A stretch of 64,000 bases of DNA, taken from sequence record OU343168.1; one strand, 5' to 3'. A program made the position numbers and the translations under genes. This document shows, in pieces, positions 1 through 9,650 of the stretch. The stretch's first letter is position 1; each line of letters begins with the position of its first letter. The notes beneath the pieces were generated by a model. That model had not been told where the DNA came from, did no database searches, and saw only the letters and a program-made list of their open reading frames with translations.

Positions 1-1785
1 GCCTCTGTGCATTATGCAGGTATTAGTGACGTCTTCTTCAACATCTCTGACCACTCCAGTCATCTCCTGTTGGAGAATAAGGTGATTGTTGGTATGTCAC
101 GTCTAGGGTTGAGGGTCTCCTTCCCGGGGTTGTTTAGTCGCTTGCAGTTCAACAAAGACCCGAGTGTAACCGACAGTGGGATGTTGAGGGATTACATGCA
201 CGCGGACAATGCGAACTTCTCGGGGGTGGGAAAATGGGAAACTCCCAGTTACCCTATTAAGAACGGGGGGCGAATCAGTGCGGTGGGGTATGAACTTACC
301 GGGGAGTATTTCTGGGCGGACAGCGCTGTGGACCATAACCGGTCGTTCTTCTACCGGAAGGTCAGCGGTGAATACGCTGCGCGTCCTGGGATTACCAACA
401 GTAACTACCCCACCTTATTGACTCGACCGATCAGTGCGGAGGTGTACGAGAACCGGTTAGACCGTAATACTTCCCTGATCAGTGTAACCGGGAGTGCGGC
501 GTTCCTGACCGCTGAAGGGATTGAAATGGGGAACAGTTGTTTCTCTGTAATGGGAATGAACCATTTCGACGACCTGGCCTCAGGGGTTGAATCCGATACC
601 ACATGCCCCCGTGAGTTTACCTTTAAAGCCCCTAAAGGAAATGGGATCGTGTTATCCTGCCCTAGGACCTTCAGTCGGGTAATGGACGCTGGGGATCAAA
701 CCTTTACCCTGAAGGGTGAAAGCCATTGGGGTGTTAAGCGTAACGTCATGGATAAACTGATCCAGTTGATCCCCGCTACCCTCAGGGAGAAATGGGCGGT
801 TGAGTTGATGGTGATCAATCCCGTCAGTGGTAAAGGGTTCAGTCGGATGAACTACGTGCTGGCGTTGGTTCATACCCGGGACATCGAAGTGGGTCGGTAT
901 GTGGTCAAGAGTAAACTGTTGGCCTGTGCACCGGTGATTGGTAATCCAGTCTCGGGGGTCTACCCGATTGATGACCTTACGATTCTTGATCAAACCGCAT
1001 TTATCACTACGGTGAACAACAGTGGGGCTGGGGATGAGTGGAGTGATACGGAAGCGGATGTTGTGGCGTGTCCTCAGGTGTCGCTTTATGTGGATGAAAC
1101 AACGAATACCCTCTCCGGGCGTATTTCGTCGTTATACAACGTCCGAGGCGACGCCTTGGGGTTCAACAAAGCCGTCCTGACCTTCAGTCTCAATAAGTCC
1201 ACCCACAAATTCTCCAGTTTTACACCCTTTAACAACGGGGAAGGGATGTCCACGGCGTGGTGTGTGCAGAACCACACCATTCCTAACGCCGGGTTAATTA
1301 CCCAACAGCAAGGCTATGTCTTTGAGGACACCGGCGGCGCGGGGTATGTAGGGAAGATCGGAACGAACACGTATTTGATTGGTTCCTGTTACCCGGAAGT
1401 GGGTTGGACGATTTTCTTCCAAGAAGAAGTCGAGATGATGATCAACGGTACCGTGTACAAAATGCCAGGTGGGTCTATCGACTTGAGGAATGTGTCCTCG
1501 AATCCTCGTAACAAAACGTTCTACATCTATGCGACGGTTGAAGAGTCGGAAGGACGGTATATTGTCTCCGATGTTAAACTGCGGCGTTCCAGTGAGTTGC
1601 TGCATGTCGCAACCGCCGTGACGAACACCAACCAGATTGCCAGTATTACCCGGCAGAAAGTCTTTACCATCGGTGAGTTCCTATTAAGTTACACACGGAC
1701 GGGAGGGATTATTCCGGTGAGTTCTGGTTTACCGCAGGATGAAGGTACGTTTAGCTTCTTGAAAGCCTCGGAACTTTTACCTTAA
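1..1785 (+). CDS. Virion tail/baseplate-associated protein, 5'-truncated by the window
   Basis: Frame is open from base 1. C-terminus (LLSYTRTGGIIPVSSG) resembles that of the next gene and the large phiKZ-type tail protein family (recalled as gp145/146-like). Confidence 0.6.
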   Translation, partial: ASVHYAGISDVFFNISDHSSHLLLENKVIVGMSRLGLRVSFPGLFSRLQFNKDPSVTDSGMLRDYMHADNANFSGVGKWETPSYPIKNGGRISAVGYELTGEYFWADSAVDHNRSFFYRKVSGEYAARPGITNSNYPTLLTRPISAEVYENRLDRNTSLISVTGSAAFLTAEGIEMGNSCFSVMGMNHFDDLASGVESDTTCPREFTFKAPKGNGIVLSCPRTFSRVMDAGDQTFTLKGESHWGVKRNVMDKLIQLIPATLREKWAVELMVINPVSGKGFSRMNYVLALVHTRDIEVGRYVVKSKLLACAPVIGNPVSGVYPIDDLTILDQTAFITTVNNSGAGDEWSDTEADVVACPQVSLYVDETTNTLSGRISSLYNVRGDALGFNKAVLTFSLNKSTHKFSSFTPFNNGEGMSTAWCVQNHTIPNAGLITQQQGYVFEDTGGAGYVGKIGTNTYLIGSCYPEVGWTIFFQEEVEMMINGTVYKMPGGSIDLRNVSSNPRNKTFYIYATVEESEGRYIVSDVKLRRSSELLHVATAVTNTNQIASITRQKVFTIGEFLLSYTRTGGIIPVSSGLPQDEGTFSFLKASELLP

Positions 1786-1790
1786 GGTAA

Positions 1791-1811
1791 AGGGGGAGTT
1801 AACCTCCCCCT
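1791..1811. terminator. GC-rich hairpin
   Basis: AGGGGGAG/CTCCCCCT stem between genes. Confidence 0.5.
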
Positions 1812-1834
1812 GATCTTTTAAATGGAGTAGCTTT

Positions 1835-4705
1835 ATGATTATCCTTGGCGGGGAACCCCCTTTCATCGAAAACCCTGAACCCAGGTTCGGTGGAGTGATC
1901 TCCAAGCTCAATGAGATGACCTACAAACTGGAAGCGTGTGTTCACAGCTACAATGAGGGGACTAAAGAAAAGATCCGGTTGTTCAACGCAAACCTGAATG
2001 ATTTCATTAACCAAGCCATTGTCCCCATTGACGCCCACATCAATTCCCGTGGGGCGGTCCACGGTGAAACCAAACGGACGATTGGGTTGGGCCTTAAGGA
2101 CAACTACCGGACAGCTACCCTGGAGGAACAACAGTCGCTGGCGCCTGTGTTGGCGTACGTGACCCCTCACGGTGCTCGTGCTGCGGTTGTAACCCACAAT
2201 GTCGGTTATAACGGTGCAGATTATCAACCCAATGACGTGTTCCAATTCTCGTCGTTCTACAACCCGGATGAATACCCGGTGGTTGCTCCAACGGTGATTC
2301 AACCCATTCGTTATTTTGGGTACTCTCTGAATGTCGGGATGATGATCAACAATGACCGTCTGGTGTTGTCTCCGGTTACCGATCCGTCTCGTTACCAACG
2401 GTACACCGCCTTCTTGTCTGGTTCTCTGGCGAACGCAGGGGGAACACAGTTCTCGGAGATTCAGAACCTCAACGCGTATTACACCGGACGGAATTGGAAT
2501 GCGGTAGGAGGGTTTACCAGTTCGGGCAAAGTGGCCTTCTTTAAACCCCTGGCTGAGAAGAAGATCTACGAGTTCAAGAACACCCTCCCATTAACCCCCA
2601 GTAGTGCTAACTTCCTGCTGTATCAAGGGTATAGCACGGCGGTGTATAAAGGGCTGGGGATTAGTTGGGACCGAGTCGGTACGGTTCTGACCCTAAAGCA
2701 CTACTTCTTCAACGTGAACTTCCTGGAAACCGATCCCACTTTGGTGGAACAGGTGACTGCGTCGTACACCGCCCGGTTTACTCAAATCAATAAGACACCG
2801 TATACCGGACCGGCTAACGGGAGTCATTCGTACGACATTAATGACTTTGTGACCCTGAGTGCAGGTCAGACCCTGGAGATGAATGGAGGACTGCAACCCA
2901 CCACAGCCCTCTTCTGGAACATTCAAGACCGGGAAATCTACCTCTTTGTCGTTATTCCGGTGAATGTGGTCCAAGGGGGTATTCGCCGACCGTATAACCT
3001 CTCCTTCGTGGAATCCATTGTCCCGGGTACCTTGGAGAATGGAGGAACGGCAACCTTTACCCAACTGGGTAATTTGGTCAAGGACATTATTCAACCGAAT
3101 ATGCTACCCACTGCTGACGCTAAATGGCTGCGGTACGCGAACACCTGGGATTTCAATAATCCGACCTGGTATCCTGGGGTCGTTCTGAAGTCAGGGGAAG
3201 TGGTTAAAGCGGTCGCCACGAAGAATGGCCTACGGGTTAAGCGATTTACCACCCCCCATAAAGGCTTGAGGGAATGGGTGTTGGGAGAACGGGCTGAAGT
3301 GGGGATGGATGAAGTTCGTACAGAGTTTTATCCTCCGTCACGCCATAGCCCGTTTGGGCCGGTTCCTGATCGCTTATTCCCCATTGAACACACCGCTGGC
3401 ACCACACGGTATCTGGCGTATTCCGTTGACAGTGAAACTGGGTTGTATGAGTGGAGTGAGTTGACCTGGTCGAATACTTCCATTGTGGGTGTAACCACTG
3501 GGAATAAGTTCGGAATGGTTCCACCGGATGTTGGGATTATTAATCGGGAGTTGACCCGTATCCCTAGGGCCATGGCATCGTTCGCTAGCCTGCTGGTGGA
3601 TGGAGTCAGTATCAACGCCCTGTGTTTCACACCGGATAACCAGTATACCGGGTATGCGTCAATCGCCCTGGCGAATGGACGAGTCCAGTTGGGCGCTGAG
3701 GTCAAACTCTCCCCAACCAGCTTGATTACCCTGCAAGCCGCCAGTGGGGGTATTCTGGCTCGTGCAGCCATTGCGAACCCTCAAGTCAACAACGCCCTCA
3801 GGGAAAGTGTAATCAACGTCTTTGCCGTCGCAGATAACTTCGCGTTGGTGGTGATCACCGATGGGATGTGTTACGCAGAGGCTGCTGTGGTTCCGTATAC
3901 GGTGAGTGGTGGGGTCTTTAGGCTGAACTTCCCCTCCGCTACGGGCTTCGTTACTAAACCGGTTACCCCAGCCGGTATGGTCGTACCGGGCACGTACCGT
4001 TATTCCCATTCCGGTGATAACCCATGGATGACCTACGTGGATATCCAAGTGATTGAAACCCAACGGTATGAATGGGCGGTTGTGGTCAGTCGACCCTTTG
4101 GGGACCTCTACGGGGATATCAGTTTCAAAATCACGGATTACCCGTTTACACCCACCTACACTGTAGGACGGGTCAATCCAGCGAAACTGTATACGGCGTC
4201 ATCACCCTTTGATACGGTGAACGAAGTTCACCCACCTGTCTTGATCCCTCGGAAGGGAATCTACCAGTACGACCCTGCTAACACCGGCTACTCCACGAAT
4301 CTGTTGGAAGTCGGCGGAGCGGGGGTGGTGGATCCATACGACGTAAATGAAAGCGGATGGGTGAGTATTCCTGCTCGATCCAGGGTGGTTATAAGGGGAC
4401 GCGCGTATATCCTGGATAAGGAATACCCCATTAAAGTCAATCCTGCCGGAACGACGTACTGTTATTTGGTACGCCAAGGGGATGCGTTGGTAGGGTTGGG
4501 GTCTCCTGTACGCCGAGAGGTCAATAACTCGGAAGTCCTCTTTGGGATTGCAACGAACGGAATTCTTACCATCGATCATTCGTACATCGTGATGGGTGGT
4601 CATGTGGTGAGTTCTACCCGTCGGGGTACAGCTATTCCCACCTTTGTGGATGACGGGAACTTGGGGGCTAACACCTTCTTTACCCGACGTGACATCATTG
4701 ATTAA
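1835..4705 (+). CDS. Large virion tail protein (956 aa), phiKZ-type tail paralogue family
   Basis: SD GGAG then ATG; beta-rich; C-terminal VVSSTRRGTAIP similar to upstream gene; lies next to the spike gene. Confidence 0.6.
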   Translation: MIILGGEPPFIENPEPRFGGVISKLNEMTYKLEACVHSYNEGTKEKIRLFNANLNDFINQAIVPIDAHINSRGAVHGETKRTIGLGLKDNYRTATLEEQQSLAPVLAYVTPHGARAAVVTHNVGYNGADYQPNDVFQFSSFYNPDEYPVVAPTVIQPIRYFGYSLNVGMMINNDRLVLSPVTDPSRYQRYTAFLSGSLANAGGTQFSEIQNLNAYYTGRNWNAVGGFTSSGKVAFFKPLAEKKIYEFKNTLPLTPSSANFLLYQGYSTAVYKGLGISWDRVGTVLTLKHYFFNVNFLETDPTLVEQVTASYTARFTQINKTPYTGPANGSHSYDINDFVTLSAGQTLEMNGGLQPTTALFWNIQDREIYLFVVIPVNVVQGGIRRPYNLSFVESIVPGTLENGGTATFTQLGNLVKDIIQPNMLPTADAKWLRYANTWDFNNPTWYPGVVLKSGEVVKAVATKNGLRVKRFTTPHKGLREWVLGERAEVGMDEVRTEFYPPSRHSPFGPVPDRLFPIEHTAGTTRYLAYSVDSETGLYEWSELTWSNTSIVGVTTGNKFGMVPPDVGIINRELTRIPRAMASFASLLVDGVSINALCFTPDNQYTGYASIALANGRVQLGAEVKLSPTSLITLQAASGGILARAAIANPQVNNALRESVINVFAVADNFALVVITDGMCYAEAAVVPYTVSGGVFRLNFPSATGFVTKPVTPAGMVVPGTYRYSHSGDNPWMTYVDIQVIETQRYEWAVVVSRPFGDLYGDISFKITDYPFTPTYTVGRVNPAKLYTASSPFDTVNEVHPPVLIPRKGIYQYDPANTGYSTNLLEVGGAGVVDPYDVNESGWVSIPARSRVVIRGRAYILDKEYPIKVNPAGTTYCYLVRQGDALVGLGSPVRREVNNSEVLFGIATNGILTIDHSYIVMGGHVVSSTRRGTAIPTFVDDGNLGANTFFTRRDIID

Positions 4706-4715
4706 CCCTTAACGA

Positions 4716-4750
4716 CTCCCCCTACCTCCCCGTTAAGGGAGGTAGGGGAG
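4716..4750. terminator. Bidirectional hairpin between convergent genes
   Basis: CCCCTACCTCCC/GGGAGGTAGGGG stem. Confidence 0.7.
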
Positions 4751-4760
4751 GTCAGGTGGA

Positions 4761-5768
4761 TTACGCCACGGGTGGCGAGGTGGTTCCATTGCCTGGGTCT
4801 ACACCTCCGTGAATATGGAGGTTCAGGGACACTCTCACGGTTCTCACATCGGTTTGTCCAATAACAAGACCCGTACTCACACTGTTACCGGTACGAGTGG
4901 TATTCCCGTTTTGGGTATAATTACCCTCTTGAGTATAATTCCCTTCTTGTTCAGTATTGCCCGTATGGGTAATGTTCCCTTCCCAGTTCGTCTGACCAAT
5001 GGCGATGTTCGCCAAATTGGCTTTCATGTTAATGGTGTCGGACTGAAGGTTAAAGGTCTTCGTTAAGACATTGATTTCCTTCTCCGCATGAAAGCTAATG
5101 CTGTCTTTGGTGTAAAAGGCCATCTTCTCCTTATTGACAGCAATGGTGGACCCTTCCTTGTTGGTATAGGTGAACTGATGTTTGTAATCATCGAAACTGA
5201 AGATACTTCCATCGGTTCCTCGAATATCGATACGGCCTTCTTTGGCATTGACTTGGATATCAAAGCCCGACCGTTCCCCATTGGACTGAGAGGTCCGCAG
5301 TCCCACTAACCCGTCGTGGGTACTGACCCTGGCTGTATAGAAGTTATCCGGATTAAAGGGGACGTCCTGAGCCAATCCAGGGTTAGCCCCCCAGCCCCAC
5401 AAAACCGTCTCTAAGCGGAAACGATCCGTGTTGTCTCCAAAGATGTCCCAGTAATACTGGTTCTGACCTGTGATTTGAAACACCCACACCTTAGCCCCTT
5501 CCCGGACATCCGGTGAGGTAAGTCGGTTCCCATTCCCAATGGATCGCCAGACCGCTGGTACGGTGTTTGAGACCAGGGTTTTACTGGTAATCATCTCCCC
5601 TTCTTTATTCTGGCTGGTTTCTTCCTTTTGTTCTGTCTTAGCCAGGGTTCTCCCATCGGCAGTAGGGGAATGCAATGGAAGGTGGATCATTGCTTCGTGG
5701 GTATTGGTGTCCTTCGTGGCGGCAACCGTCCCTACACCCAACCATTTAACCACGTTCACTAAACTCAT
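4761..5768 (-). CDS. Baseplate central spike protein (gpV/gp138-like; phiKZ gp164-like)
   Basis: N-terminal OB-like region, GN-x4 beta-helix repeats (GNITHT GNTEQE GNYTQE GNYTQN GNTTRT) and C-terminal HxH metal-binding apex (LHIHGGV). Confidence 0.75.
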   Translation of the reverse strand: MSLVNVVKWLGVGTVAATKDTNTHEAMIHLPLHSPTADGRTLAKTEQKEETSQNKEGEMITSKTLVSNTVPAVWRSIGNGNRLTSPDVREGAKVWVFQITGQNQYYWDIFGDNTDRFRLETVLWGWGANPGLAQDVPFNPDNFYTARVSTHDGLVGLRTSQSNGERSGFDIQVNAKEGRIDIRGTDGSIFSFDDYKHQFTYTNKEGSTIAVNKEKMAFYTKDSISFHAEKEINVLTKTFNLQSDTINMKANLANIAIGQTNWEGNITHTGNTEQEGNYTQEGNYTQNGNTTRTGNSVSTGLVIGQTDVRTVRVSLNLHIHGGVDPGNGTTSPPVA

Positions 5769-5818
5769 ACTCGCGTCCTCATTATCTAGAGACTCACTTC
5801 ACTTAAAGAATTCACACC

Positions 5819-8287
5819 ATGTTTATATTAACTAAATTGATCCTAGAGAATTACATTCCTCTGTTAAGCAGTGGAATCAAACGGGTAGAGTTGGATCTGA
5901 ATCATTTGGTTAACCTGTTGATCGCTCAGAACGGTGTCGGGAAAACCAGTATCCTCCGAGAAGCCAATCCCCTGGCTCCTGAAAATGCCAACTACCGCGG
6001 TATTGGACGCAAGTACGTGGAGATTAAACGGGGATTGGACCATTTCGTTTTGGATTCTAAAACAGACTTAGGCAATGGTCACAGTTTCAAGTTTAACGGG
6101 AAAGAGTTAAACAAGAATGGAACCTTTACGGAACAGAAGGACTTGGTATGGATCCATTTCCGGTTAGACAGTACTATCAGCCGTATTCTGTCCGGGCTTA
6201 AACCCAACAGTCTGTTTTCAGCGATGCCAGTGGCTCAACGTAAAGACTTCTTTATGTTCATCTACCCGAATGACACGAGTTACGCCTTAGGGGTCTTTAA
6301 CAAGCTTAAGACAGAACGTCGTGAACTGGCGGCTGCAATTAAGAACCAAGTCATGCGGTATACAGAAGAGAGTGCTAAACTCAAGCAGATCACTGAATGT
6401 GGTCCGGAAGAGCTGGAACGTCGAGTTAAGACGATTGAGACTGAACTGAGGGAGTCCCTGTTGGTACGAGGGGGGTTGGAGCAGGTGAAAGTAGACCCTG
6501 AGCTCCAAAGTAAGATTGATACCTTCAAACGCTTGGCTGAGCAGATGACATTGAACCGAGTCAGCGGGTTCTTTGAGACCGAGGCTGAACTCAGACAGGG
6601 AATCGAAACAGTTCAAGCTATCTTGAGTGTTCACGAAGGCCAAGCCACTGCCATTCAAATGGTTATCAGTGAGCACGTAGGGGTTTTGGAAGGAATGGAG
6701 GAGATCAAAGAAGATCCCTTTGTCTTCCATCATCAAGCGGAACAACTCAAGGTGGAACTCACTGCTCTCCGGGAAGAATACAAACAACATGGGGTGCTAT
6801 TGGGTAATTACCCTTTGTTCAACGATGACGCCTATGACTTTACCGGTTTGGAATTGGTGTACGATGCCTTGGTGGCTCAATTGCGTCGGGTGGTGAATGC
6901 CAGTACTCCTGAGTTAACCGGAGGGCGGTATAAAGAGTATACCGTCAAACTGGAGCAAACCCGTAATCAACTGAGGGCCTCTAAGAATGAGCTGGACACT
7001 CTCACCCACCAGTTGAAACATTATGATGCCATGGAACTGGTGACTTGTCCGGAATGTACCCATGAATTCAAGGTCGGGATTACCGCGAATGAACTGCGCG
7101 CAGCACGGGTTAAAGCGGAAGCCCTTAAGTTGAGTGTGACTAAACTGGAGCGGGATGTTGAAACCCTGGAAAGATTAGTCGAACAGGACAGTGAGTGGTA
7201 CCACAGCATGTTAGCCCTACATCAGTTCTGCCGGATGAATGGTGATGTTAAGTGCCTTCCTGAACTGATTAAAGCATACGACATGGGTAAGTCGGATACC
7301 AACATCCTTTTAAACGCCCTCAGGGCCTTCATGGGGCGTTTTAACTGTAAGAGACGTATCGACGCCCTACTAGAAGAAGAAAAGCTCTTAAACACGCGTA
7401 TAGGGCTTTTACAGAAGGATTCGGTATTAGACATCGCCACCTACTTAAAGAGTCTGGAACACGACCTGGAAGTGGAGAACAGTCGTATTGGTTTCTACCG
7501 CCGGCGTATTGAACAGCTTACAAGGAACCTAAAGACCATCCACACCTACACCCGAGACCTGGAAACCCTCCGCTGTCTTAAAGACGAGATCTTCAATGGG
7601 CTGGAACAACAAGGGTTGGTGGAACTGCGTAAACGGGTTGATGAACGGATTCATTTGCTAACGGATGAGAAGGATGAATACCTCGCCTCCATTATCAAAA
7701 GCCGTTCGTTGAGTGCAGTTGTCACGTCTATTTCGGAAGACATTGATCGTTTAAAACGCCGTCTGAAGATTGTGGATGGGTTAATGAACGGTCTGTGTCC
7801 GAATAAGGGGTTGATCGGTAAGCTGATGACGGATTTCATCAAGACCTATTGTGCCAATATGAATGCGGTGATTCAATCAGTGTGGAACACCACCCTGTTT
7901 GTTAAACCCTGCCATAAGGACAACGGGGATTTGAACTGGAAGTTCCCGGTGGTTACCGGTGATGATGAGCCCACGCCAGATGTCAGTGATTGCAGTTTGG
8001 GTGAAGCAGGTATCATTGACTTTGCGTTCCGTTATGTGGCCATTCGTTACCACGGTAACTTCCCTCTGATGCTGGATGAGGTGGGTACCACCTTCGATGA
8101 AATCAAACGCGGTCGTTTCTTCAATTTCATTCACGAGTTAACCACCCAGAAGGACGCTAAACAACTCTTCATGATTAGCCATTACATTACTCAATACGGA
8201 ATGTTCACCAATCCGAATGTAATTGCAATGTGTTATGAAGGGTTGAGTTTACCGGGTGAAGTCAATCAACACAGTGTTATCAATTAA
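5819..8287 (+). CDS. sbcC: SbcC/Rad50-like SMC ATPase
   Basis: Walker A AQNGVGKT, long coiled coils, central zinc hook CPEC, signature SLGE, Walker B LMLDE, H-loop ISH. Confidence 0.9.
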   Translation: MFILTKLILENYIPLLSSGIKRVELDLNHLVNLLIAQNGVGKTSILREANPLAPENANYRGIGRKYVEIKRGLDHFVLDSKTDLGNGHSFKFNGKELNKNGTFTEQKDLVWIHFRLDSTISRILSGLKPNSLFSAMPVAQRKDFFMFIYPNDTSYALGVFNKLKTERRELAAAIKNQVMRYTEESAKLKQITECGPEELERRVKTIETELRESLLVRGGLEQVKVDPELQSKIDTFKRLAEQMTLNRVSGFFETEAELRQGIETVQAILSVHEGQATAIQMVISEHVGVLEGMEEIKEDPFVFHHQAEQLKVELTALREEYKQHGVLLGNYPLFNDDAYDFTGLELVYDALVAQLRRVVNASTPELTGGRYKEYTVKLEQTRNQLRASKNELDTLTHQLKHYDAMELVTCPECTHEFKVGITANELRAARVKAEALKLSVTKLERDVETLERLVEQDSEWYHSMLALHQFCRMNGDVKCLPELIKAYDMGKSDTNILLNALRAFMGRFNCKRRIDALLEEEKLLNTRIGLLQKDSVLDIATYLKSLEHDLEVENSRIGFYRRRIEQLTRNLKTIHTYTRDLETLRCLKDEIFNGLEQQGLVELRKRVDERIHLLTDEKDEYLASIIKSRSLSAVVTSISEDIDRLKRRLKIVDGLMNGLCPNKGLIGKLMTDFIKTYCANMNAVIQSVWNTTLFVKPCHKDNGDLNWKFPVVTGDDEPTPDVSDCSLGEAGIIDFAFRYVAIRYHGNFPLMLDEVGTTFDEIKRGRFFNFIHELTTQKDAKQLFMISHYITQYGMFTNPNVIAMCYEGLSLPGEVNQHSVIN

Positions 8288-8291
8288 TTTT

Positions 8292-8311
8292 AAACCTACA
8301 TTATTCATTTG
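8292..8311 (+). promoter_or_regulatory. Early promoter motif AAACCTACATTAT-N4-TTG
   Basis: One of ten intergenic copies; resembles phiKZ early TATATTAC. Confidence 0.75.
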
Positions 8312-8326
8312 CAAGGAATACTTCTA

Positions 8327-8620
8327 ATGAACGTTCAACTCCCACGATCGGTTACCCTGGATGCCTATCTTCAACCGGACGGTACACTTATGCTGGGGCC
8401 GGGTCAGGCTAAAGTAACCATTAACTACCATTCGGATCCTCAAGAATCCATTAATGCGTGCATTGTCTTTGGAGGGGCAATGCAAGCGATTGTGACTTTT
8501 GATGAAACCGGTCAGACCCCTGTGAGTTATACGCTGTTGAATCCAGGGGGTGATTACACCGTTGAGCAGTCGGTTCTTAACATCTTGTCCTATTTCGGAG
8601 TCAGCGCTCCGATGAGCTAG
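8327..8620 (+). CDS. Hypothetical protein, first gene behind early promoter 8292
   Basis: SD AAGGA then ATG at 8327 (track start is an upstream TTG). Confidence 0.7.
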   Translation: MNVQLPRSVTLDAYLQPDGTLMLGPGQAKVTINYHSDPQESINACIVFGGAMQAIVTFDETGQTPVSYTLLNPGGDYTVEQSVLNILSYFGVSAPMS

Positions 8621-8632
8621 GAGTCATGAGTC

Positions 8633-9073
8633 ATGAACAAAGCTGAAGTGATAGAACGGTATCGCGAACTGGTCGAAGACCTCGCCCTCCCGCCGCATCA
8701 GGTGATCCTGTCGGCGGGTGCCGCCTTGGTGGTAATGGGCATACGAGAGGAAACAAGTGACCTCGATGTGGATGTCCCTACCAGTGTGTTCAACTGGGCG
8801 AGTAATAAGTTCGGGGTTATCGAGAACGAAACCGTGAATAAACGGGTTCAATACACCCCCCTGGTCGATCTCCATGAATACGACGAGAACACAGGGGTGG
8901 TTTGTATTGAGGGGGTGTGGTTGTACAGCCCTACGGAGTTACTGAAACAGAAACACTGGTTAACGAAACTGGCTGATCGAACGGACGTTAAGACCCAACA
9001 GGATCACCGTGATATCCGCCAACTGGAAATTCTCACTCAGTCTCAACCATTCACTGCACGCGCATTGTTGTAA
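8633..9073 (+). CDS. Minimal Pol-beta-superfamily nucleotidyltransferase (AbiEii/MenT/DUF6036-like)
   Basis: hSAGAAL-x3-G-x-R-x2-T-x-DLD (D43, D45), likely third acid in VDLHE, C-terminal K...QD..DI helix. Confidence 0.65.
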   Translation: MNKAEVIERYRELVEDLALPPHQVILSAGAALVVMGIREETSDLDVDVPTSVFNWASNKFGVIENETVNKRVQYTPLVDLHEYDENTGVVCIEGVWLYSPTELLKQKHWLTKLADRTDVKTQQDHRDIRQLEILTQSQPFTARALL

Positions 9074-9087
9074 GGTTAGGTTACGGT

Positions 9088-9582
9088 ATGTTTTACAGTC
9101 AATTGGAAGTGGTAGAAGCCGTTCAACGGTTCTCTGAGGCTCATAACACCCCATTGGATAAGATCGCTATTGGCGGGGGTGGGGCTATCGTGCTCATGGG
9201 GGGTCGTGAAACCACCTATGATTTGAACATTTGGGTGGAGAGTCCGTTCTTTGAACGCATTGCTGAAACCCAGAACGCTCTCCTCAGTCCTATGAGAGAC
9301 AATGTGTTCCACATTGAAACGACTATTGATTCCATGGATCAAACCGATCACGTCACCACACGCCGCCATTACTGGGTGCGTAAACGTAACCTCTATTTCC
9401 CCACTGTTCCTGTTAAGCTGGATCAATGTCCTGAAGTCTACATCTTCGATGCGATGTCACTGTTGATTCAGAAACGCGGGAGTTACAGTCAACCTGAACG
9501 AGGACTCCGTCGTAAACAGGATTACAGCGACATCTGTTTCTTGAATGCGTTGCTAAAGGAAGAACACAAAGTCAGGGCTTAA
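9088..9582 (+). CDS. Paralogous nucleotidyltransferase-like protein with degenerate active site (D-x-N)
   Basis: GGGGAIVLMGGRETTYDLN aligns with the previous gene but has Asn at the second catalytic Asp; C-terminal KQDYSDI. Confidence 0.55.
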   Translation: MFYSQLEVVEAVQRFSEAHNTPLDKIAIGGGGAIVLMGGRETTYDLNIWVESPFFERIAETQNALLSPMRDNVFHIETTIDSMDQTDHVTTRRHYWVRKRNLYFPTVPVKLDQCPEVYIFDAMSLLIQKRGSYSQPERGLRRKQDYSDICFLNALLKEEHKVRA

Positions 9583-9592
9583 CCTTAGGACA

Positions 9593-9618
9593 GTACCAGG
9601 GGATCACTCCCCTGGTAC
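9593..9618 (+). terminator. Hairpin ending the NTase unit
   Basis: GTACCAGGGGA/TCCCCTGGTAC. Confidence 0.65.
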
Positions 9619-9650
9619 GTCTTCCTCTTTATACGGTTTAGGAGATCACA

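Noticed and set aside
5819-8287. SbcD partner next to sbcC
   Set aside because: No metallophosphoesterase ORF nearby; in phiKZ-like phages it is recalled to lie elsewhere, so its absence here is uninformative.
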